DNA of 64,000 nt from Owenia fusiformis (taxonomy: Eukaryota): positions 27,218,001 through 27,282,000 of the forward strand of contig CAIIXF020000001.1 in assembly GCA_903813345.2 (NCBI GenBank). The letters are read 5' to 3'. The notes beneath the pieces were generated by a model. It saw nothing but the letters and a program-made list of their open reading frames with translations, searched no databases and had not been told where the DNA came from. Positions 55,501 through 64,000 of the stretch are shown one piece after another. Position 1 is the first letter of the stretch, and every line of letters starts with the position of its first letter. A program made the translations under genes and the position numbers.

Positions 55501-58500
55501 TATCAACAGAAGACTTTCACATATCATGACAAAAATATCTGTTTTATTTTACTACATAATTTTTTAACAATATTAAGGAGAATTCTCATAATACCTCATC
55601 GTTCTGTAACAAAATATTTCTACTAAACTCTGATAAGGTGGTTGCCTTAACAAGGTGCTGATTTTAGAATTAGTTAATGTTGAGTTGTACTGTAAAGTTA
55701 TCTATTGCACCTCAAATTTTCTCACTTGGGACATCAGGTAAGGTAGGGAAAGATGAGCATAGTTTATGAGTATAAAACTGCTTTTTTAAAACAATACTAA
55801 GTTTGATCAAAAATTATTATATTATTATTATTATATTATTATTAAATTATTAATATTATCAAAGGATGCTTTTCAAAAATTGATTTGCAAAAATAATGTT
55901 TTCACTTGCAATTTTTCATAATGATATGAAAAATTTGAGCTATAGACTATAATCCAGACTTGTTGATGGGGGAAGGAATGCATTCTTTGACCTGTAGAAT
56001 AATGTCAAATCGTGTTTTGGTATTGGTAACTGTTGCTGTTTGACTTATAGAGCTGTTTTGAGGTCTATTAAATGAAAATGTCATTAAAAAAACCATGAAA
56101 ACAGGGCTTTCATTAGCAGCAGGCAATTTTCACTGGTTGTTTTCACAAAATTGCCTGTTGGTTTTAGGGACTTCGTATGAGAATTATTAACCATAGAATG
56201 TGTTTTATCAAAAAAATACATAACCTCTACTTAACAAAATCAGTCAATGGTTTGTGGTAATCTCAAACTGTGGTTCCATTCCAGGTTGGGTTATGGGGAA
56301 GGTATGAAGCTGTTGTAGACGCCTACAGGAGAAGTGGTTGCTATGGTGATGCTGTCACCACATTTCTCGAAGGCGTAGAAGCTGACAGTCGACAGATACA
56401 TGAAATCGCAGAATCTTGGGCCAAGATAAAGCGAGATTCGTCAAAATCAGAAAAATTTTCTCACCTTATATCAAAGTAAGTTGGTCACATATTATATACC
56501 GATTGCCTCAATAGAGGCAAAAATTAAAAACAGTAAATAGATATTTAAAAAACTTTATCTAGTGAACCAACCACTATCATTGCACATTATTAAAAACAAT
56601 AGATATCAAATATATATTTCAAAATATTCCCAATGATAATATTAATTATTTTTTAAGCTCTCATTTCTCAATAATTAGATAATTCAGAAATACTTGGTGA
56701 AAATACAGTGAGAATGAAGTATGTTTACATCATGTTTAACAACCGCAGCCCTGCGTTATGTGTGATATCATAAACACACATGGAGTGTATTTGACTGTAA
56801 ATTGATGGCCAGTTTACTGTATTATCTTATAACCTATAAACTCTTCATAATAATTCATAAAAATCTGCATTGCTTTCCCTTACTCTGGAGGCAAGATGTG
56901 AAATTATGAATTTTTCAAACTCCGTAATTAAAATATATCAGGACATAGATGATCTCCCAATTTCCCAAATATTGTGAAAGACAGAGAATAGAAAAATCTG
57001 TATTTTTATGTGTATTCCTCGCGTGTCGACGGCCAACTTATTGACAGACAAAGCAGGTTTTGGAGTTTCTTTTTAAGTGATTAAAATTTAACTATGATCC
57101 AAGAAAGGTATTTTCTGACAGGGGTTTTTTAGTTAAGATTTTAAAATCAAAATGTTTAGAAAGATTCCACATAAGAAAGATGAAACATGAATTATATATG
57201 CAACACATGGCAACAAATATTTATTCTTTGAGCACATTTGATGAGCATATGATGTACCTATCAACTGAAAATAAAACAGATATGAACAAAAAATTAAATT
57301 AGATTTTTTACATATTTATCAATCTCCATCATGCAAAGATGCGAAATGAAGGAATTATAATCCATAATCTTTTTGAGATTCAGGCACTTGAAATGTCTGA
57401 ACAAAAGTCTAATGGACAACAACTCTCACATTACATGTTTTACTCAAGCTTGCTGTCTTGAAGCAAAACAACTTGGTTCTAGTTAATTGAAGAGTGTATT
57501 GTTTAGAAATGTTCTTCACTTCATCAGGGAGAAATCTGCTGTGCTTTAATTAGCACAGGTGAGTTGCATAGCATTACATGCAGACAGGTAGAGCTATTTC
57601 ATTACCCTTGAGGCCAATTGGCTAGCCACATTTTCCTCTGACTATTGTATGTAGTTTTTATGTCACCACCACAAGTGGTGACATATTGTTATAGTCTCCA
57701 ACTTTTTTGTGGTTGGTGTTTGGCACCCAGCAGTTAGTATTTGGCACTTAGATTTTGCATCTTAATGCCGTGTATATTTTATGCTACAATCAAGAAGTTA
57801 ACTGACCTCTTGTAAAAACAACCATTTTTGTGACTGACATGTGTCTGGACAAATTGTTGCGGTGGTAACATTTTGTTATGCCGTTTCATTATTTCCTGAC
57901 TACTGTACATTTTCTGGATTCAGACAAAATCAAATGATTACCTTTTATTTAAAGAGTTAAACCATGTTCAAGCTCTGGTCAAGGGTATTATTTGGCTCAG
58001 GTAGTAGTATCTAATCAGCTGTCAGTCAGGTGGGATGTAAAGCTGATACGCCTATTACTAAACATTTGGATGCGTCTCTGGAAATCAATTTAAAACTGAT
58101 CTACCACATACAACCCCTACAAATGATAGAAATACTAGTATATCATGTATTTTGCCAATACTGAATAATAGATAAAGGTTTCATGCAAAATGGAAATATA
58201 TCTGTGATTTCATTGGTTTTATTAAAGCTTAGATATATATTTTTCTCTATTTGGGGTTGTAAACTGCACAGTAGATACTTTCGTTTGAATTTCCTACATT
58301 TTACTGCACAGTTAAAAGACATGGAAGTCTGTTTTAGATTTTGGGTTTGTATCGATTGTAATGTTTAACTGATAACTTGGTTTTAAAATAGTTTGTCAGA
58401 CCACTCAAAATAACCCTTGAAATCAATACACACAATGAATAAGTGAAAAATAGCACTGACATGGTGGTTCGTGTCTGGGTATGTGTGGCCATTAATTGGA

Positions 58501-61500
58501 TTAGCCACTTATTATCAGAAAATGTCCACTTTAGTTTTGAGATTATGAGATGTAATGATATTTATCATAAATCTTTATAGGGAAGAAAATATTCTAATAT
58601 GACTAACTCAGATTCGGCCATGTTTGACCCGTACAGATACAGCCATCTTTCACAGTAGAATGTCACATATGCCAGAATCTCAATGTGTTCATTCTTTACA
58701 TTTTTATCGAAGTCTCCTCTGCCGAAGGCAGCGCAAAGTATGAGCGTAGCGACTACTTTGTGGGAGACCTCGAACCATTGATCACGTTTGCTCCTGTAAT
58801 TATTTACTTCTTCACCTCTTTAAAATGTGATTTCAATCAGTTCGTCAAATTTTCGGACTTTGACCTCAAATTCAAATATTGATATTCATAAGAAAAAATA
58901 CTGACTCATTATTATATTTTTAAAAGTCTTTCAAATAAAGTGAAATGAAACCAAAATCAGCTAAAATTATGCAATGTCGCAAAATGGCGTTACTGGAATA
59001 TGATGCCTGTGACGTCAGACACGTATTGCCACATCAACAACTAAACAAACAATTAATATAGACTTCACTGATTGGTTTAAAGATTCTTCGCATCATTTGT
59101 GACGTCATAAAGAAGTTACCCAACCAACAACTAAACAAATAACAAATAGGCATATAGGTTCGTTGCCACACTCTTGAATCAGTTATAAACAGGATAATCA
59201 ACAGATATATGATAGGGTCAGGAATTTTTTTGACTTGGAGACCTCGACTCGAGGAGTTTGCTGCATTTTCTTGTTATCAAAAAAATTAATTCTTAGTGTG
59301 TCTTAAGTTTCTCCCCATGATTTAAAAATCAAGTCAAGTTGTTGCTATATGTTTCAAATCATGCAAGTCAGTCATTTTATGTAATTAACAATTCTGCAAC
59401 TTTGGTGACACCCTGACTACATTGTATTGAAAAATATCTGAACAGAAGCAAATCCAATGTAATGGCCCAAACTCCACTGAGTTATTAGAATGGTCGAAGT
59501 ACTTTTGTTTAGTTGTGTAGTGTTTGTTATTATATTTCAGGACCCTCCTAGATGTACTTGAGGAAGGGAACATCAAAGTTGCTCATGACTCCTGCACTGT
59601 ACTGGAACAGGACTTCAATGCAATGAAGAAATATTGGTAAGATAAACTAGCACTGTCCTCAACAGGATTTTGACTTGATTTTTTCAAATTCTAATCACAA
59701 TGCAAATTAATTTTCAACTAGGTTTAATGGAATCTCCCAACTGGGAAAGCCCCTGGTTGTTAAAACCTAGTTAAGTGTGATCCTCTTAACATGCAAAAAG
59801 GAGAAATTAAAAATGAAAAAGCCAGAGAAAATGATTTTAGATATATTACTCGTATTTGATGTCTGGGGGACTTTCTCAAAGTCTCAGCATGGTGTGGATT
59901 GTTAACGATTTCTGAAGCTTACCTTACCCTCTACTTAACCTTAATATATGTGACTTTGATTGCAGCCCTAAGAGGTATGAGAGTCAGTATGCGGTGGTTG
60001 CATCCCTCTTGAAGATTTGTACAGACAAACAGAAGAAGGCGCATGTACTCACTGAGTTAGCAGGCTTGTTGTGGAGTGCAGGGGGAAAGACAAAAGAATG
60101 GGGGATAGATAGGTAAGAATGCTGTGTACTATGTGTAGGACATGCAATGTTGCAGGGGATCATAAGAAGCAAGCAATCATCGATTTTCTCTATTTCAGTT
60201 TTTTAGTGGTTAAGAAATTTAGTACTTATTAGTTTTTATCTTTTCATCCCATGTGGCTACATTGCTGTCTGATTCGTTGAATAATGATAAACTCTGATTG
60301 GTTGAGTAGTTTGCTTTCTGATTGGTTAAATGATTATAAATCTCTGATTGGTTGAGTACTTATGCTTTCTGTCTGATTGGTTGAATAATTATAATCTCTG
60401 ATTGGTTGAGTACTTATGCTTTCTGATTGTTGGTTGAATAATTATAATCTCTGATTGGTTGAGTACTTATGCTTTCTGATTGTTGGTTGAATAATCATGC
60501 TTTCTGATTGGTTGAATAATTATATTCTGCTCTTCCAGGACTGCAATAGAATGCTGTGAGGAGGCGGTAGGACTACTAGAGGGTCTCTATAAGAAAGTGA
60601 AATCTCCCCAACCCCAGCTGTGTGATGATTTGGCCAAATCTCTCTACTGGCTGTACCTCACCAAGTCACATCAGATGAAACAAGAGGTAACATTTGTCTA
60701 ATGCCCGAGGGGAGGGAGGGCTCAAGGTTATTTGATTTGCTTTCCAATATGCAATTCATGAAGGAATTACTTTGAAAATGTCCACAAACTGAAAATATAC
60801 ATGAAATGAGAAAAATTATTTTTATACAATCGGTGAACATTCAATTTATCTTTTTACATTAGTATTTTGTTGACCAAGCAACTCAGTTGTCCAAGGAATT
60901 TCATGCTTCAATCAGGGTAAATCCTTCTAAAACTCACTGATTTGAACTGCTGGTACTCTGTGAATACTGTACAAGAAATCCATAATTATTTCATGTTCAA
61001 TCAATATATTTTCTATATTGTTGTAGATTGTTGATGTGAAGCCAGCGAAACAATCACATGCTTCCGACCCTATAAATGATGATGCCCTAGATAACCCAGA
61101 GATGTCTTCCCTCTCAGGGGACTTTTTCACCATCAGTGAGGAGCACCTGGTCATGGCTCCCCTCAACCGAGCCCTTGATATATGGGAAATTTGTATAACA
61201 AAGAAAGGTTGCACCAAAGAGAATTTTCGTAATATTCAACAGACCATTGCATCGCTGAAAGCCATGGCTGACATCTATAAACTAACAAACAAGGTATTGT
61301 TTCCTTAATGTATTTATTGAACTTCTAAATTATGCACAATTTAAAGGTTTGCTGAGACCGCTCCTGCGGAAGTGGTGGGATTTTTCTTTTTTTGTCAAAA
61401 TTGACTAGAAAACCTTGTATGTTTAAAAAGCAGTGAAGCTTTATTGGTGTCTCTGGTGTCATACAAACTGATAATATTTTTCCAGCCTACCCATGAGCTC

Positions 61501-64000
61501 AGAACTCTATGTCTGCTGAAAAAGGCTTCATTGCTAGGCAAGAGCTGGCAAAAGTATGCGGACTGCCTGGCTAGCCTAGTGCTCCTATGTTGTAGCCAGG
61601 GCAGGCTGCAAACTGCACTGACCAACATGGAACTGGCCAAAACAGTCCTTGAAGACCACCCAGAGGTGCAATGTTACCAGATATGGTTAGCTGAGGCAGA
61701 ATACTACATGCTTACTGACAAGGTGTGGTATTATGCAAATCGTGATTCCATTGCATTAGTCCATCTATTTAATATTGTGTGGCCATAATTAGCCAATGGG
61801 TTTCCAGATTGAATATGGGGCATATAATAAATAAAAGACACTATTATTCAATAAACTAAGCAGAAGGAATATGTTGCTTGTAAAAAGAAATGTAACAGTA
61901 GTATAAACATAGGGACACCAAATTACATCAATTGGAACTAAAGAAAGCCAACGCAAATATTAGGAACAATGACCCTTCAAAATATAATAAATATCTGTTC
62001 ATGCATGAGATATATAATATACTATGTTGCAGATTGAGGAGGGGTACCAAGTTCTACAGAATACAGTGAAACACAAAGAGACCAATATGCCAGAGAAGAC
62101 AAAGGAGAGATACCTGCTTGATGGTGCCATACAGAGGCTGCTATCCCGCTACGCAACCCTGACCCCCCACAAACTTAATGTCTCACCCAAGATTGGAGAC
62201 AATGCTCTAGATTTTGCTTTTGAAGCTGTGAGGTCCAACTCAGCAGTTGTGAATTTTGTAGTGAAGGGCATCTCTTCTCAGCAGCCTGATATGAGTTTTA
62301 CTCAAGGTATGTGAGACTTATACAGGGTGAATATGAGCTTTATTCAAAGTATGTGAGACTTAACCAGGGTGAATATGAGCTTTATTCAAAGTATGTGAGA
62401 CTTATACTAGGTGAATATGAGCTTTATTCAAAGTATGTGAGACTTATACAGGGATGAGCTTTATTCAAGGTATGCAAGACATATACAGGGTGAATATGAG
62501 CTTTATTCAAGGTATGTGAGACTTATACAGGGTGAATATAAGCTTTACTCAAATATTAATTGCATGTGAGCTCATTACTGACAAATTCATTTTTATTGCC
62601 TTGAACAGTGCTATATTGCCATCAGCATGTGCTTATTAGCAGGCTCAGTGGCACAAGAAATCTTGTCATCAAGAGAATAAGAAAACTTTTCATCCATTTA
62701 ACTTGAAACTTTTACAGACACATCTCTAAAATCTACAAGGTGCCCACATTGGTTTATCCATGCAAAATGTATATTTACAAAATTCAAGTTGTCTCATGTT
62801 ATTGACCTTTATATGTTGAAATTCAAAAATCCCTGCATATTGAATAGTATGAGCCTATGAGGTGACATATTTTTCATATTATATTAATATAATGTCTTGT
62901 TGTTATGTTGATTTTTCAGCTGAAAACAGTAGTTCTCAATGGCATGTAGTTTGTGAGCTGTTGGCTTCTTTACAACATCTTGTTCATATCTACATCACCC
63001 TAGGTCTCCCCAAAGAAGCTCTTTTCTTTTCCAAGGAGGCTCTGAAGTATGCTAAAGCATTCAATATTCCTCGCAGGTTAGTTAACATTTTCTCAATAAT
63101 GTTATCTTTTGTGGAATATTTCGTTATAATAACTGATGCTTAATATATGTTGTAATTAATAGTTACAGTTTCTCAAGATAAACAACTGACTCATTGCTTA
63201 TATTATTATGTCACCACCACAAGTTTTGACATATTATTATGGTCTCCAACTTTTTTTTGTGGACGATGTTCTGCAGTTGATGCTTTGCAGTTGGAGGTCT
63301 GTGTCTGTAAGAAATGGCAGGTGGTGACATTTTTCATGTTAATTTTTTGTATTATTTTGTGTCACTGTTAGAAAGTTCTATGTCAGAATAAAACAATATC
63401 ATTTCATATTACATTTCAGGATAGCGGAAATAAAGTTGCTGAGTGCCCGTGTGCTGTACCTTAGTGACAAGTTCACAGATAGCAATGCTGACCTCAATGT
63501 CGTCAAGTATGTTCTAGGCTCACAGATCAACAAATCAAACAAGAAGTTGAAGAATAACAAAAACATCAAACAGCAACTGAAGAAAGAACTAGATGATATT
63601 TGTAGCGAAGATGAAGATTTTATTCAGTCAAAAAAACTGAATGAAGAGGAAGGGCCTTGGATGAAAAATAAAAATTTGGTAGCTTCGCCAAAACTTTTAA
63701 ACAAAACAAAAGTGTTACCTGACTATGCTGAGCATACTACTAAGTGTACTTGTGAGTTATGTTCTGATATAGGACTCCATCACTTGACCCTGCAGTCCCT
63801 GATTTGCAATGTGGAGACCCTGTTCCTGCAGGATGTTGAAACCAAAGAACCTCTTGCAATGGCTTTCCAGTTTTATAACATTATCAAAACTAGAGATCAA
63901 GAATTGCCTAAGATATTATCGATAGATTGCAGTACATCAAACAAAACTGATAAATTTGAGGTGAACAGCATTGACTATACACCTGAGCTTATATCACTGC
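40510..64000 (+). CDS. ESPL1: Separase (separin), N-terminal helical region; runs off the window end
   Basis: WHVVCELLASLQHLVHIYITLGLPKEALFFSKEALKYAKAFNIPRR and SPKLLNKTKVLPDYAEHTTKCTCELCSD resemble vertebrate separase (WQVLSEVL..EAKAFCLEAL..; H-x3-C-x-C-x2-C). Exons: 40510-40587, 42219-42470, 43426-44425, 44720-44830, 53781-53923, 56285-56475, 59541-59636, 59966-60112, 60539-60686, 61027-61293, 61486-61722, 62033-62306, 62920-63076, 63420->64000. Phases are consistent. The protease domain is not in the window. Confidence 0.85.
41332..41610. mobile_element. Partial relative of the 20416-21241 TIR element
   Basis: Diverged right TIR (GATATGGTTTCATT...AGAAGGTAAGT...GGCATGAAAAAAGTAG) plus a ~58-bp internal segment that is the reverse complement of 21011-21068. 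Confidence 0.75.
41688..42125. mobile_element. ~435-bp interspersed element, copy 1 (HINE/Helentron-like)
   Basis: ATGCGAGTAG / CTACTCGCAT subterminal inverted repeats; highly similar to 42848-43283. Confidence 0.7.
42848..43283. mobile_element. ~435-bp interspersed element, copy 2 (HINE/Helentron-like)
   Basis: GATGCGAGTAG / CTACTCGCATC ends; same orientation and sequence as copy 1 across ESPL1 exon 2. Confidence 0.7.
46894..47129. mobile_element. CACTA/EnSpm-like MITE nested in the Academ left arm
   Basis: TA|CACCCCCAATC ... GATTGGTAGTG|TA. Internal ACAGTACTG repeats. It interrupts one Academ subrepeat, which resumes afterwards. Confidence 0.5.
48011..48208. repeat. 98-bp tandem duplication inside the Academ coding remnant
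   Basis: CTTATTAGGTCATGACAGAAG...GATATTGCATTAC occurs twice in direct succession. Confidence 0.9.
50860..51600. repeat. 27-bp minisatellite
   Basis: Unit GTGAAGGGTAGGTCATGCATTGTGGAA, ~16 good copies at 51071-51520 with degenerate flanks. It explains the VEVKGRSCI ORFs. Confidence 0.95.
52602..52780. mobile_element. pogo/Tigger-like MITE
   Basis: CAGTGAAACCTGT ... ACAGGTTTTACTG|TA with internal AAGTGGAACAC repeats. Confidence 0.6.
57660..57895. mobile_element. HINE/Helentron-like short element (family also at ~54966-55087 and ~63208-63345)
   Basis: T-rich insertion site; ATGTCACCAC/GTGGTGACAT 5' hairpin, and 3' GGTGGT(A/G)ACAT subterminal repeat shared among the copies. Confidence 0.55.
58705..59276. 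mobile_element. HINE/DINE-1-like Helentron-associated element
   Basis: 5' subTIR TCGAAGTCTCC (58707), nearby inverted copy GGAGACCTCGA (58763), 3' copy GGAGACCTCGA (59237) followed by a short hairpin and CTTGTT end. T-rich flanks. Confidence 0.6.
60270..60522. repeat. ~50-bp tandem repeat rich in CTGATTGGTTGA
   Basis: 4-5 copies of CTCTGATTGGTTGAGTACTTATGCTTTCTGATT(GTT)GGTTGAATAATTATAAT ending just before the acceptor at 60538/60539. Confidence 0.9.
62289..62553 (+). repeat. 42-bp tandem repeat spanning an ESPL1 exon/intron boundary
   Basis: ATATGAGCTTTATTCAA(G/A)GTATGTGAGACTTATACAGGGTGA, ~6 copies. The first copy overlaps the exon end and the donor at 62306/62307. Confidence 0.9.

Noticed and set aside
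59637-59965. Possible second U12 intron (CTTAAC/CCTTAAT near the acceptor)
   Set aside because: The donor is GTAAGA (U2-type), not RTATCCTT.

Overview
AT-rich, intron-containing animal genomic DNA, probably a marine invertebrate such as a lophotrochozoan (inferred from gene style and repeat content, not proven). I could splice four conserved genes by hand in consistent reading frames. They are a COX14-like gene (+, 2474-3501), INO80D (-, 9194-17501, with one U12-type minor intron), WDR37 (+, 22289-36944, head-to-head with INO80D) and the N-terminal part of separase ESPL1 (+, 40510 to beyond the window end). The introns are packed with mobile DNA: a 5'-truncated CR1/L2-group LINE with an open RT frame, a 4.9-kb degenerate Academ transposon with ~1-kb TIRs, mariner/pogo/hAT/Kolobok-like MITEs, Helentron-type (HINE-like) elements, two hairpin-ended Crypton-like elements and several minisatellites. 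The most striking observation is an intronless 109-codon NON-histone ORF nested antisense in a WDR37 intron (31923-32252, -). It has a TATA box and initiator upstream, and it ends in a perfect replication-dependent histone 3' stem-loop plus a purine-rich downstream element. It is therefore a candidate non-histone gene using SLBP/U7-type 3' processing.
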